A stretch of DNA of 63,961 bases, filler included, from Octopus bimaculoides (taxonomy: Eukaryota): assembly GCF_001194135.2 (NCBI RefSeq). It is 4 parts of 4 records of this genome, joined end to end, with 100 filler letters (N's around TTAATTAATTAA, not from the genome) between each part and the next. Parts side by side here need not be neighbours in the genome. Positions count along the whole stretch, not along the records: positions 19,081 to 44,276 come from NC_068992.1; 3 more parts are not named here. One strand, written 5' to 3'. Position 1 is the stretch's first letter. Each line of letters begins with the position of its first letter. The position numbers and the translations under genes are program-made. This document shows, piece by piece, positions 24,092 to 38,819 of the stretch. Below the pieces are notes generated by a model. That model worked only from the letters and a program-made list of their open reading frames with translations. It searched no databases and was not told the DNA's origin.

Positions 24092-24410
24092 GTAAGGTGC
24101 AATGGCCCAGTGGTTAGGGCTGCGGACTCGCGGTCGGAGGATCGCGGTTTCGTATTCCCAGACCGGGCATTGTGTGTGTTTATTGAGCGAAAACACCTAA
24201 GCTCCATGATGCTCCGGCAGGTGTGGTGGCGACCCCTGTTGTACTTTTTCGCCCCAACTTTCTCTCACTCTTTCTTCCTGTTTCTTGAGTAAAGCTGCGA
24301 TGGACTGGCGTCCCGTCCTGCTGGAGGGGAACACATACGTCATAGAAACTGGGAAACCGGGCCCATGAGCCTGGCTAGGCTTTAAAAGAGCGCATAAATA
24401 AAAAAAATAA
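24092..24410 (+). mobile_element. tRNA-derived SINE, family C head/body with alternative 3' tail
   Basis: A box TGGCCCAGTGG and B box GGTTTCGTATTCCC. Body shared with 40990-41150. Tail GCGATGGACTGGCGTCCCGTCC...GGCTTTAAAAGAGCGC-poly(A)-like. Confidence 0.85.
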
Positions 24411-26747
24411 AATTAAGTTTTCCAGTAACACTCAACTGTCTTTTAACATATACTCTATAATAGACAATATGATTGTCTATTTCCTCTTTTTCCGTTCTGC
24501 ATTTTTCTGTGCAGGTGTCAAGGTCTTTGTATGTTTGCTTGAGTGCATTTCTCGCTGACATTTTGTGTTGAATGCCAGCTCAGTAAAATATGTTCACAAT
24601 GTCCATTTTCATCCAAATTTGAGCGAAAACATGAGCAATGAGTAATACTGCTTAACTTTCCTCGAATGCTGTTGAACAAATTGTTACAAAAAAATCAACC
24701 AGTTTTGATTTTAAAAATCACGGAAACTTCTCGAAAAGAAAAGTAAGTGAAGCAGATCTGTTTACGGTAAAATATATCAATAACAGCTTCTAATTTGGGC
24801 ACAAAACAAGCGATTTTACGAAGAGGAGACTAGCTGATGACATCGACCCCAGTACTAGACTAGCACTTTATTTTATCTACCTGTTAGAGATCAAAAACCT
24901 AAGTGACTTTGATGGGGTTTAAATTTAGAGTATAAAGAGTCAAGTTGATAAGGGCTAAGACAAAGTTGGTCTGCTATAAAACCTCTTTCACAAATGCCAC
25001 CAGATGAATAAAGACAAGCCTCTCCTCTGCCAAAGGAAGGCAGCGAGACGATCTTTACAATGGATTCAGCTGATAGCCAGATCCATTCTATACGTGTCAG
25101 TAGGTGTTTGACATAACTCGGAAAATGCTCGAGCATTGGACAAAAGTGTGAAGAGTGGTTTCGTTGTTCTGCGTACATCTCGAATAAACCCGGCTGATGG
25201 CACTTCCATGCCTATTTTGTTACCCTTATTACACAAGTCTATGGGTTGACTAAATTGGATAGACTGGTACACTTTTATCAACCACGGAGCAATGAAAAGC
25301 AAAACCAAGCGCAGAACGTAAATCAACAAAACTTAATACATGACATTTTATTTGGAACTTTAATGGTCGTGTTATTTGAACAAAAGGATGGTTAGATTCT
25401 ATGTTTTATCATTTCATTCATCTACAGAGATCCAAGATTGTTTTCAGCCGTTACCAACAACTATAACCATACAAAGTAACGAGTCGATCACAATTGTATT
25501 TTTGTTCTAGATAGATATAGATATGGGTATGGACATATATACGTATGAATGTATGCATGCATACATATATATATATATATATATANNNNNNNNNNNNNNN
25601 NNNNNNNNNNNNNNNNNNNNNNNNNNNNNNNNNNNNNNNNNNNNNNNNNNNNNNNNNNNNNNNNNNNNNNNNNNNNNNNNNNNNNNNNNNNNNNNNNNNN
25701 NNNNNNNNNNNNNNNNNNNNNNNNNNNNNNNNNNNNNNNNNNNNNNNNNNNNNNNNNNNNNNNNNNNNNNNNNNNNNNNNNNNNNNNNNNNNNNNNNNNN
25801 NNNNNNNNNNNNNNNNNNNNNNNNNNNATATATATATATATATATATATACATACATATATATACATATATTTATATGAAAAGCCACTTTCTCTTTCAGT
25901 TAAGATTATGTTGTTTTGTGAAGTTAGTTTCTTTCTATTTCGGCAATTCTTTCTGTCTATTGTAATATCACGCACATCATTTATATACTAAAGACAAAAA
26001 AAACTCAAGTCCACCACATCCATACAGATACATCATTGTGTGCGTTGGGGGGAAGTATGTTTCTCATGCGCGTATATGCGTGTGTCTATGCTGTATTGAA
26101 ATATGCCTGTCCTTGTTCCGTTTATTCTAATCACGTTTTCATTTCTTTTTCATATTTTACGTTGATTCCTTGCATTTTCTTTTGAACATTTAAGTTTGCA
26201 AGACAACCGCCCAGTAAATGAAGCTAGGAATACAATATCTAAAATGTTCCTTTTCCAAAAGAGTGAAGTGAAATTTGAGGGTAATTTCTAAGTTATTTCT
26301 TGCAGATGAAACGACTTTGTAAAGATTACCTTATCTGCTCACTGTGTCATTGACTGTTTGGTTCTAGTTGACCATATACAGAAGTATCGTGTAAGTAGCA
26401 TGATCCTATAAATAGCATTTGCTAAATTTGAAATGTTTGCTTTCAAGGGAGATAAGTGGAGAAAGTTACTTTAAGATGAATGTCTTGAATCGTCAGATAA
26501 TTTCGTTCGTCTTTCTTTTTTTATCATATATCTTTTCTTAATTTTCTTTTTTCAGTTATTGGACTGCGACCATTCAACAGTACCGCCTTCAATTGTTCAG
26601 TTGAACAAACCGAATTATACTGACCTTGTCTCTTGCCGAGCTGCTAAGTAACGGACATGTAAACAAACAAACACCGGTCGTCAAGCGATGTGGGGGACAA
26701 ACACAACCACGCACGCACACACATACACATACACTCACACACACTCA

Positions 26748-26779
<32 letters not shown>

Positions 26780-26804
26780 AATGTGTGTATACATATATGT
26801 ATAC

Positions 26805-26852
<48 letters not shown>

Positions 26853-26865
26853 ATATGTATATATA

Positions 26866-27268
26866 GGCGCAGGTGTGGCTGTGTGGTAAGTAGCTTGCTC
26901 ATCAATCACATGGTTCCGGGTTCATTCCCACTGCGTGGCACCTTGGGCAAGTGTCTTCTACTATATCCTCGGGCTGAGCAAAGCCTTGCGAATGGATTTG
27001 GTAGACGGAAACTGAAAGAAGCCCGTCGTATATATATGTACATATATATATGTATGTGTGTGTATATGTTTGTGTGTCTTTGTTGTCCGCCCAACATCGC
27101 TTGACAACTGATGGCGGTGTGTTTATGTCCCCGTAACATAGCGGTTCGGCAAAAGAGACCGATAGAATAAGTACTTAGCTTACAAAGAATAAGTCCTGGG
27201 GTTGATTTGCTCGACTAAAGGCGGTGCTCCAGCATGGCTGCAGTCAAATGACTGAAACAAGCAAAAGA

Positions 27269-27270
<2 letters not shown>
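26866..27270 (+). mobile_element. Full-length tRNA-derived SINE family B (octopus OR-type, CORE-like CCTTGGGCAAGT motif)
   Basis: GGCGCAGGTGTGGCTGTGTGGTAAG (A box), GGTTCATTCCC (B box), internal (TA/TG)n and tail GTGCTCCAGCATGGCTGCAGTCAAATGACTGAAAC. Partial inverted copies at ~26560-26700 and ~27370-27520. Confidence 0.9.
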
Positions 27271-27311
<41 letters not shown>

Positions 27312-27823
27312 CAAAATAAGCAACAGGATATCATATGTATATATATATAACATAAACGACGTTCCTCCATACAGCTTCCATCCACCATATTTACTCACAA
27401 GGCATTGGTCGGTCTGCGACTATAGCAAGAGACACTTGCCAAGGAACTATACAGTGGAACCAAAGATGAGACCACGTGGTTTCAAAGCGAACTTCTTAAG
27501 CACACAACCAAACCTGCGCCTATATTTGTAAATTTTCTTACTGTATTTTAGTTTGCTACATTATATCAATAATCCTTCCCAATTATATATTTACCAGGAA
27601 CCACGTCTTATGAATTGTAAATGAGATTTTAGAAATTTTTACGTTACTTTCTACAGAAATACGATGCTTGTATTGCTTCAGTTTACTTCACGTTCATTTA
27701 AGGTGGTTTATCTAAGATCTGGTTTGTTTGTTTTTTCTTTCTTGAGAAGCCACAACTTCGCAGAATGGTTAGACTGGCAGATAGAACGTCTTGCAATATT
27801 TGTTTAGTTTAAGCGGCGAGCTT

Positions 27824-28382
27824 GCAGAATCGTTTATTAAATTAAATATGAAAGAACTACACGTGTTTCAGTATTGGAAGATTACAATATATATATACAT
27901 ATACACAACTGTATACCTATATATATTCATATGTAAATACATATATGCAATCATCAGATTTATAATTATTCCAACATGGACATGTTTAACGGAACTTCGT
28001 CCGTCTTTACGTTCTGAGGTCAAATTCCGCCGAGGTCGATTTTGCCTTTCATCTTTTCGGGGTCGATAAATTAAGTACCAGTTGCGTACTGCGGTCGGTC
28101 TAATCGACTGACCCTCCCCTCCCAAAATTTCGGGCCTCGTGCCTTGAGTAGAAAAGAATATTTGTTTAATTTAAGGCGGCGAGTTTGCAGAATTGTTAGC
28201 ATGCTAGATGACATGTTTAACGGCATTTCGTACGTCTTTACGTTCTGAGATCAAATTCCGACGAGGTCGACTTTGCCTTTCATCCTTTCGCAGTTGATAA
28301 AATAAGTACTATTCAATGGTAATTGATGTAATTGACTAGACCCGTCCCTGAAAATGTTAGGCTTTGTGCCTCTAGTACAAAG
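27824..28382 (+). mobile_element. Two tandem SINE family A copies, the first interrupted by an AT-rich insert
   Basis: Both are preceded by AATATTTGTTTA(G/A)TTTAAG and share the variant GACATGTTTAACGG. Confidence 0.85.
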
Positions 28383-28592
28383 NNNNNNNNNNNNNNNNNN
28401 NNNNNNNNNNNNNNNNNNNNNNNNNNNNNNNNNNNNNNNNNNNNNNNNNNNNNNNNNNNNNNNNNNNNNNNNNNNNNNNNNNNNNNNNNNNNNNNNNNNN
28501 NNNNNNNNNNNNNNNNNNNNNNNNNNNNNNNNNNNNNNNNNNNNNNNNNNNNNNNNNNNNNNNNNNNNNNNNNNNNNNNNNNNNNNNNNNNT

Positions 28593-28820
28593 TCGGCAAT
28601 AATAATATTGATTTCAAATTTTGGCAAAAGGCCAGCATTTTTTTTTTTTTAGGGCTGTCGATTACATCTCCTCCAGTGTTCAACTGGTATTTATTTTATC
28701 AACCCCCGAAAGGATGAAAGGCAAAGTCAACCACGACGGAATTTGAACTCAGAACATAAAGACGGACGAAATGCTGCTAAGCATTTCGCTCGGCGTGCAA
28801 ACGATTCTGCCAGCTCACCG
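28593..28820 (-). mobile_element. SINE family A (further minus copies at ~17040-17170, 29100-29280, 31255-31450, 35265-35470, 37990-38200, 61250-61370; plus copies at ~30390-30490, 34370-34555)
   Basis: GAAAGGATGAAAGGCAAAGTC...GGAATTTGAACTCAGAAC core recurs at each position. Confidence 0.85.
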
Positions 28821-31800
28821 CCTTTCATCAACAATAATAGTAGTAGTTAAGATACAAAATTATAAGGTTGTGAGTTTGATTCCCAGTCTAGAAGGCGCGT
28901 TGAGTCATTGGACACATTGCTTCATGCTGCTTCCAGTCTGCTCAGCTGATGTAAGAAGTATTAAGACTGACAGGGCTCCTGATCAATGTCAGATTTTCTC
29001 AGCAGTAAAACGAATCTATGATACAACCAAAAGCCTTCACGAATGAAGAGAGACACGTCCAGCAGGGGACAATTATATCTTATCTCTAACTTTTACAGTA
29101 ATTTTGAGGGGAGGTTGATTACATCGACCCCAGTACTCAACTGGTACTTGTTTTATTGACACTGAAATGATGAAAGGCAAAGTCCACCTCAGTGGAATTT
29201 GAACTCAGAATGTAAAGAGTTAGAATAAATGCTGCCAAGCATTTTCTCCAATGTGCCAATGATTCTGCTAGCTCGCCACTATAAACTTCTCTGCTTGTAA
29301 TGATGAACTCAGAATATTGACAATATCTGATGTCCTTATTCTACTTCAGAGGTGAATGCGTTTACTTTTGTTCATAATCCTCTAATCTACTTTCTTTCTG
29401 TTTCATTGGTATTGCTTGAATGCTTAGAACTACCACTCCTGGAACCAACCCTGATATAGCAGACCTATATTTAAAGTCTGAAATTGCCGTCATCATCTCG
29501 TCTTTCCTTACTGAGACTGTGGACGATACTAACCAATGTGCCCTTCCTTTTTAAGACGATGATGTGAAGCTTTGAGGGGTATTTGGTTGCTATTTCTTGC
29601 TGGTTGAGCGACCACGTAGGCGATCGCTTGTTGACACGTTTCATTCTGATGTAGTCTCTTTTAAAATGCATGAATTTGTAGATGCATGTATTTGCGAGCG
29701 AGCTTTTCCATTTATCTTTCACATATGCTCTTGAAGACTATTTTTTGTGATATTCGATGTATTTTCCCTCATTTTTCTTCAGAGATCCAACATATTAAGC
29801 ACAGAGTGAAATATTTCCGTTACTGCAGTTTATGATCCGGTTTCATAATATACTTGCAAGAGGTAGATGGGTTATTAAAGAGAACTAGTAAAGATTTTGG
29901 AAACAAAAAATATTAATGACACCCACTTTGAAAATTGTTCATCTACATTTTACTCTACTAGTTTGCTAATTTTCACTATAACTACATTCCTATTAAAATC
30001 ATAGACAAGACGTTTGTTTAAAGCCAAAACTAGATTTTTGTGTATAAAATTCTGAAAACCATTTTTTGCAATGAATTTTTCTTGTCTTCTTTGCTTAGAA
30101 ATTGAAGCTTCAGCTTTAGAAAATTAAGCCAATTACTATCCTGCTGCTCAGGTTTTAAAAACAAATTTTCTAAAGAGAAACCATGAAGATAATAATCCTC
30201 TAAGACCAGAAAGAGATAACCATAGAATAATTTTTTTAAAAATATGCTCTGTATGTTAAACACAAACTAAGATTTTAACATGTATATACACAGTCATAGT
30301 ATATTCTAGTTAGGTTTTGATTAGGTCCATACAATACATGAGTTATATGCATATATTTATATACATTTGGTGATGAATGGGCAGAATGATTAGGGCGGCA
30401 GATGGAATGTCTTGCATTATTTGTTTCGGTCCTCAAATCTCTGGTTTCAATTCCAGCCGAGGTCATCCTTACCTTTTATCCTTTCGGTGTCGACAGAAAG
30501 TGTTCTACTCTGGCGGATAGTGAGAGTGGGGTTGTTAGATGGACGTGGGGGATGTTTTACGGTATCCAGTCTAGCTCTGAATTTTGACGGCAACATTGGT
30601 GTATTTGTGCCAGTTTCTGTCGCCGTTTACCTTTTACTTTGAACATAGATGGCATCGAGAGAGGAGACTTTGACGCGTAGGCATTTGTTTGGTCTTCCAT
30701 GATTAACTATGTTCAAATGTGCAACTTTATGAGAAACTTACCTGGAGACAAATATTGCCTGAGTTCTTTGTCCTGTAGAAGAGCGAATTCAAATAACAAC
30801 TTTTCTCCGAAGATATCCTTAAGAAGGAGTCTTAACCCTGAAATCTCCAACAACTCTAAAAGGAAGAAACACCACATTGGATAATGTGAACCTAGATGAT
30901 TTCCGAATGAAAAAGATGACGGTCATTATGACCAAGTTTGTTTGATCAAAACTGATCTACGGTTCAATAACAAACTCGATGACAACATATGCAAACCAAT
31001 GAACATTTTAATGAAACTTATGGTATTTATTGTAGTGATTCATCTGATATTTGGCACGTTGCTTGTGATCAATGTGATTCCTTGACTTTGTTGAAAATCT
31101 GACATCTATAAGCCTAGGGAAAATGTGTTGCTAAATTGTCATATGCTCTGACAAATGCATGTTAAACCAGTGGTTCCAAACTTGACAAGCCGCATGATTT
31201 TCTAAAGCCTTTTTGCACTCCGCTTCTCTACTAATGGTTTCAAATTCTGGTACAAGACCAACATTTTTGAAGAGCAGAGTTTTAGTCGATTGCATTGACC
31301 CCAATGCTCAACTAATATACATTTTATCAAGCCTGAATGGATGGAAGGCAAAGACGACCTCGGTGAGGTTTGAGCTTAGAACGTAAAGAAACGAAAGAAA
31401 CGCAGTTAAGCATTTTGGTTGATGCGCTAATGATTCTGCCAGCTCGCGGCCTTCCACTTCTTTACTAATGAAAAGACAAAAGAGAGTTAGCATCCTTATC
31501 AATCTTTGGAAAAATTTAAACGTTTAAAACCATATTAATTTTATTAAATATGGCAATTTATTCATCCCCTTTTGGAGTCTCACATGATCTCCTGATGAGG
31601 CTATCTACTATGAGAAATATGGTGATAATTTGAAGGCGCCTACTGGTCTCCAAGCTACTGATCACAACCTTCCCAGTACGAAGTGTAATGGGAAATGGTT
31701 CAATGGCAAATCGAACGTGTATTACCACGGGCTTACTATCACAGACGAAATACCGCTAAGCATTTCTCCTGGCGTGCTAACCTTTCTGCCAACTCGCCGA

Positions 31801-31969
31801 CTTTTTCAAAGACATTATATTGAATCAAGGAAGGAGCTTCTGTTTGTAATAACGACCAAATTTGCGTCAAATCACATCGTAGCGTCTTCAAAACAGCAAT
31901 CGATGAGTTGGTCCCTGACAGAAAACCTTTAATCATAGTTATTCACGATTAAGGCTTATCCTTATCTTT

Positions 31970-32141
31970 TGTCTTTCACTTGTTTCAATGATTAGACTGT
32001 GGCCATGCTGGGGCACCGCCTTGAAGAATCTTAGTGGAACGAATCGATCCTAGTACTTATTTTTTAAAGCCTGGTACTTATTCTATCGAACATTGTTGTC
32101 GCACTGCTAGCTTACTGAGGGGGTAGGGCAAACACGCACGC

Positions 32142-32178
<37 letters not shown>

Positions 32179-32190
32179 CACACACACACA

Positions 32191-32227
<37 letters not shown>

Positions 32228-32389
32228 GAACACATACAACGGGATTCTTTTAGTTTCCAACTACGAAATCCACTAACCAGGTTTTAGTCAACCTGAGGCT
32301 AAAGTAGAAGACACTTGCCCACACAGTGAGACTGAACTCGGAACCATGAGGTTGGAAAGCAAACTTCTTACCACACAATCACCCCTGCA
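31970..32389 (-). mobile_element. SINE family B with internal (CA)n
   Basis: GACTGTGGCCATGCTGGGGCACCGCC tail and CTTCTTACCACACAATC head in reverse orientation. Confidence 0.85.
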
Positions 32390-32739
32390 CATATCTGGAA
32401 CTGCACAACAAAAGTGTATATATTACCCATCATTTTAGCCCTTCACAACTAAAATCCTGCAAATAAATCAGCAGAACAATGTTTTATCACAAATTTAGTT
32501 GCAAGTTCAGCATCTAAAGACATAATAATCTCTACAAGAAATACATGAACAGACTTTCCTTTAATGCTGTTTTATCTAATAACCACTGTCCTTATAATAG
32601 TCATCTGTAATTGGTGCGTGTGTTTGTGTGGATATGAACGTCTGTTTGCGCGTTTGTGTGCGTTTGTATGCGTGTATGTGCGTGTGTGCATGCGTATGTG
32701 TGTGCGTGTCTGTGTGTGTGTTTGTGTTTATATGCGTGC

Positions 32740-32778
<39 letters not shown>

Positions 32779-33580
32779 TGTGTGTGTTTGCGTGGACTGA
32801 CAGACAGATTGACAAATTGGTTTTCTGCTCATATTCAGACTTTGATCATGTGACTGTGTAAAAGTGTCGCTTGTTTAAAAGTACATTCGATTAAAATTTG
32901 ATTTAGAAATTAAAATATAATAATTATTTGAAAGCCGTATCAAAATCAATTAAATAAGATTAATTGCCCCTGTTTAAATTTTTTTTTAATTTTAGTTTTT
33001 TATTCTTCCGCTTTTTTTTTTTTTTTTTTTTTTTGCTTTGTTTTGATCCTTGGCAGATTAGGTTAATAAAATATTCCACGATGTCAGTTCTCATTCTTCT
33101 GTATTTCATTTGTTCCTGTTTGAAGCTAAATTAATCAAATCCAGTCCCACGTTTAATTTTAAAACATCTCATACGTCTGATTGTAAGTGGAAGGAAAATT
33201 ATTGAATACATAACATTTTAGCATACTTGCTTACAGATTGTGACTTTGTTTTTAATCTAGGATCGAAAAACCCTTGTCCTTCCTCTTCTTTATTAATGAA
33301 AAAGCAAAATAAAGTTAGCATCTATATCACTCTTTTATTTTCATCATTGGGGTGGGAAAATTTTAATGTTTAAAAACGATTAGATGTAGCTGTCTGGGCG
33401 CGGACTATTTGGCATGGTTGCCTGAACGTTCAACCTGCTCACACACATAAAATGAGAGCGTGGGGAGGAGAACGAGACAAACATTAAAATGCCTAACGTC
33501 AAATAACTGAGAATGAGCGCCAACAAAACGTCTCAAACCCCTCTGTTTGCTGTTTGGAGCAGATTTGTGACCATCTAGAG

Positions 33581-33818
33581 CAGTGGTTTTCAACTATTTT
33601 TTATCTATGAACCACTTTGATTCTTATTTTAATCCGGTGGACCTTCATACCCATTCAATGTTTAGAATATTTTATCATAGTTTTATAATTACATGTCACT
33701 AGGAATTTTTTTTTTAATGTTGAAATATTTGTTGTAATATAGAAGCATAAGTAATTTATTGCTCATAATTCTAACAACAAAATCTTATATGGAAAGGAAC
33801 CTCAGTTGAAAAACTCTG
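33581..33818. mobile_element. hAT (Charlie-type) MITE
   Basis: TIRs CAGTGGTTTTCAAC / GTTGAAAAACTCTG. 8-bp TSD ATCTAGAG / ACCTAGAG fits the Charlie NTCTAGAN target preference. Confidence 0.85.
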
Positions 33819-36239
33819 ACCTAGAGGTTCCTTTTTTGATTCCTATACGCTTCACCATTACTCAGGTAAATATTATGTTGATCCCCTTGAAAAGACACTA
33901 AATTCTACAAGCCTAAATCCAACTCATTGCAAAGAATAAGTTGCAAGCCTTCTACGAATATTCTCAGTAATATACTGATCTACATGAAAGACGGAAGATT
34001 TTTCCTTCATCTACCCGACTCTAAAGAATCTTAGGTTACGAATTACTATGAAATGTGAAAGCCTGAATTTAGAATTGATTTATGTTAGAAATAATCATAT
34101 TTTATTAATGTCATTTCTAACTTTTATTTTAAGACATATTTCCATCTTTGTATAGTTGATCGTTTCTAAACAGATATATCACTTATACTTTATTAATGGC
34201 CAATGGATGACACCCAGGTTGATTGCAGGAAGGATAATTACAAAACTGTCTTTTTTTTTTTTTTTTCAACAAATCGTTTTAGATCTATCACCACAATATT
34301 AAGATTATTAAATGACGGATATCTAGCTTTCACATGCTTTCTATTATCAATATTAATATTATCATTAAGACAGCGAGCTGGCTGATCGTTAGCACGCCAG
34401 GCAAAATGTTTAGGGCATATCGGCCAATTTTACGTTCTCAGTTGAAATTCTGCCACCGAGGTCGACTTTGCATTTCACCCTTTCGGGATTGATAAAATAA
34501 GTACCAATTGAGCACTGGCGTCGATCTAATCGCTTTTCTCCCTCCCCAGAAAATCTGAAAACAATATTATGAATAGTTTTGTTGTTGTTATTATAAACAC
34601 TATTATTATAAAGCGAGAAAATCACTAACATATATGTTGTAGCGCACCAACAAATTTCACTGAAAATTATACCCAATGCCACAAGAAAAATATCGTTGTA
34701 ATTACTAACTCTGGCCAAAAAGATGGGGGAGGTGACTCTTGAATTTTAACGGATTAGAAAACATTAAATGCAGAAAACAGTTGATCCTTTCCATTACAGT
34801 GAAAATTTTGGATATATTTTGGTCATATTACACCGCGTGGTCGAAATACAGTCCGACCGTTATTACCAAATCTTAGAATTGACTTAGAATAACCATACAT
34901 ATCCGTGTATGAACACTGCATGGCATTATAATTTAAAAGAATGACTGGAGGAAAATATCCAGGGTTGCCTACTGCATAAAACATAAACAGTAAAGCGAAT
35001 TCTTTTTTTAATTTAATAGTCAAGAAAATCTTGTTTTAATTATTATTAACGTTATTAAGATTCACAATTCATGTTGAGTATTTCTTTAGAGCAACAACAA
35101 TGATTTCGATTTCCTACGATTTAAATGATTTTTTGATGAGATCGATTCTCCGTCGGTCTCGACGATGAGCAGGCGGTTGTTTCATCGACTAACCTCTTAC
35201 TCAGAAGATTAACGTGTAAAATGAGTAACTATTCGATGGACACATGTAATATTACTTTCATATTTTGGCAGAGGCTAGCAATTTCGGGGGCGGTGGCAAG
35301 TCGATTACATTGACTCCAGTGTTCAACTGGTAATTATTTTATCGACGCTGGAAGGGATGAAAGACATAGTCGATCTCGGCGAAACTTGAACTCAGAACGA
35401 AAAGACGGACGACATGCCACTAAGCGCTTTTTGTCCGGCGTGCTAACGATCTTGACAGCTCGCCGCCTCAGGACAATTCTCAAATTCAATTAGTACGACA
35501 CAATATGACAGGACTAGATCTTTAATTTACGAGTAGAGAAAAAGAAAGACAAAGAGAAACATAGAGATAAACAGAGAGAGAATAAAGGAGAACAAAAAGA
35601 GAAAGAGAACGTGAGAGAATGACCTTGAAGTGGTCGGGTACTTTATTTATGGACTCGAAAAAAAAAGGGCAAAATTGACCTCGGTCATACTGTACCCTAC
35701 AATCTAACGAACTTAAAAATTTGCCATATTGAGGTTTGAGGTCTAAATGTGGGTTAAATATTTTTAAAAGGTAAGTCTATGTGACAATCTGACAGACTAA
35801 AGAATATTATGATCTAGGTGAGTGACTAAGAATAAATGAAAAGTAAGTCTTAATGAAAGAACTATAGAAAAAGCAGAGAAATTAGTTTGTGTTTAACAGA
35901 CGATAATCTTCAATATGGGCGACGAAGTAGTTTCTTATCTCTTTCTCAGCTTTTACATTGGCATCATTTGTATGGCTTTGCAAAAGAAGTCTTAAATAAA
36001 CCGAACTTCTTCATCAGACGGCTTAGATTTGCTAACTTCCACTTTATCTTGTTAATCAGCTTTTCTCACATCATCTTCTATTCAAAATTTCTCTTTACTT
36101 TTTCACATTAATATCTAGTTTTCCTCCTCTTTTACATTCCAACAAAATCTATTTTCTCTCACTTTTCTTTCTCTTTCTAACTTTCTCTCAACCTCTGTTT
36201 TTCATTTACTCTCTTTCTCTCTTTCTTTCGTGTTCGTTC

Positions 36240-36241
36240 TT

Positions 36242-36281
<40 letters not shown>

Positions 36282-36311
36282 ATCTATCTATCTATCTATC
36301 TATCTATGTAT

Positions 36312-36361
<50 letters not shown>

Positions 36362-36400
36362 GTCTCTCTCTCTCTCTCTCTCTCTCTCCATCTCTCTCTT
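36240..36400. repeat. Compound (CT)n/(CTAT)n microsatellite
   Basis: Direct inspection. Confidence 0.95.
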
Positions 36401-37387
36401 CTCTTCTCACTTATTCTCTAGCCATATATTTCGCACTTCTTTATTCTCTTTCTCTCTGTCGTTTTCTTCCTGTCTCTTCTGGTCTTTAAATTTCCTCTAA
36501 CTCTCTCTCTTTCTCTCTCCCTCTTTCTTGCCATCCTTCGCTTCTATGGCATTTACTCCATCTGTGTCTCATTTTTATCTTAGGAATTCAACGTTGATTA
36601 TTTTTCCCTACATCCATGTAAATACAGACATACATACATACATATATGTGTGTGTGTATGCATATACATACACAATACATATATATACATATATATATAT
36701 GTATATGTATGTAATATATACATATATATGCATATATATANNNNNNNNNNNNNNNNNNNNNNNNNNNNNNNNNNNNNNNNNNNNNNNNNNNNNNNNNNNN
36801 NNNNNNNNNNNNNNNNNNNNNNNNNNNNNNNNNNNNNNNNNNNNNNNNNNNNNNNNNNNNNNNNNNNNNNNNNNNNNNNNNNNTATATATAAGTTCTTTA
36901 TACACTGTATTTTTTTTCATTTTTTAGGTTAAACTATACTATTCAATGGAATTATATATCTACTTCTCTGTTCTAAGTTGAATTAACTTTTTATCGAAGT
37001 AGTTTCAATTCCAATCTATAGCAATGTTACTAACATCTCAATAACCCAACACAGTTATTCTTCAAATATTATTATTTATGTTCATATATCGAAATATTGA
37101 CTTTTAAAACAGAGTAATGATTTGACACACAGGAAATAATTCGAATGAGATTCTTTACTATTTAGAAACCCTGGATTTAACTCGTGTTTCAACTGATATT
37201 GTGTATCATCTAATGTACTAGATAGTTCAATTCACTCAAATAGATCAAGGCTGACTTCTACATTTGGTAATGACTGACAAACATTTGAAGAGAAGTGAAA
37301 GAGAGTGCATGACGTTAATGTATTTTTCAAATACAATAGTACCTCGGTTTTCGAACAACTCTGATCATGAATATATCGTGCTTTATG

Positions 37388-37470
<83 letters not shown>

Positions 37471-37659
37471 TGACAACAAAAGAAAGAGACCTCGATATTA
37501 AGTAAATAGGGGAATTTATATATATGTATAGTTTAGGACAATCAACGGTTTTTTATAGCGTCTATTGTCATAATAGCCGATGAGAATGCATCGTAGCTCT
37601 CAGCTCCGGCATTTGAAACTCTGAGTCCTATTATGACAACTTACTGATTGTCCTAAACT

Positions 37660-37727
<68 letters not shown>

Positions 37728-38819
37728 AGCACGATTTATTCGTGATTAGAGTTGTTCGGAAACCAAGGTACTACTGGATTGGATTGTTAGATTAATTTTT
37801 TTGTTTTTCATTCTTTTTATTCGACTTGGCACTCTATCGTCATAGGTCTGAATAGAATGCCTAAAACGTAGTAAAGTTTAGTCAAGTTTCAAAAACAATA
37901 AACAAAAGTCGTAGAGGAAGGGTAGAACAACAAAATTTATAAACTACTGTGGTGCATATGATTTTGGTGTTAATTCAAATAATATTGGTTTCAAATTTTG
38001 CCACAAGGCCAGCAATTTCGGGAGAGGATGCAAGTCAATTACATTAACCCCAGTGCTCAACTGGTACTTATTTTATCGATCCGAAAGGATGAAAGGCAAA
38101 GTCGACCTCGGCGGAATTTGAACTCAGAACGTAAAGTTGGAAGAAATGCCGCTAAGCAGATTTTCCGGTGCGGTGACGATTCTGTCAGCTCGCCGCCTCA
38201 CGGAAAGGATTAATATTAAATGAAAAAGAGTACCAGTCTAACATTGGGGTCGATGTAATAGATTTTTCCCCTCCCCCGAACTTGACGATCTTATGCCAAA
38301 ATTTTAAATCAATATTAAATGAAAAATCAACGATTGAATTTATGTCTGACAATCTAAGACACTAGCGTGTAATGTAAACGAGTGGATTTCAACTGGAAGT
38401 TGAAACCGGCTCATAGATCGTCTTATGGTGATCTTAGTACTTCGGCACTCGATATCTTTCCATGCGAAACTGAAAAAAAAATTAATCAAATCCGATTGTG
38501 CAAAACATTATTTTAAAATATCTCCCAGTAATCTTTCCAAAGCTGGAACATTCAGAGAGAACAAGCTGCATGCTATACTATGTGCTTGACCAATCTGGAG
38601 ATATTGAGCAGAATCTAGTGAAAATCCGTTCACGTCTTTAGATAACATTCTTTAACCACTCAAGTGAAACTAAATTTATTCCATTATCACCGGATTATTT
38701 CCGCTTGTTTTGTACCGTTGCTTTACTTGAACCAATGTACAGAGAAATACGCTTATTTCAATTTTACATACCAAATTGTCTGCAGCTTTCTGTCTAAAGA
38801 CAAGCTACTATTTATAAAC

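Noticed and set aside
31590-31620. CTGATGAGG...GAAA hammerhead-like string
   Set aside because: No stem II pairing between the two motifs.
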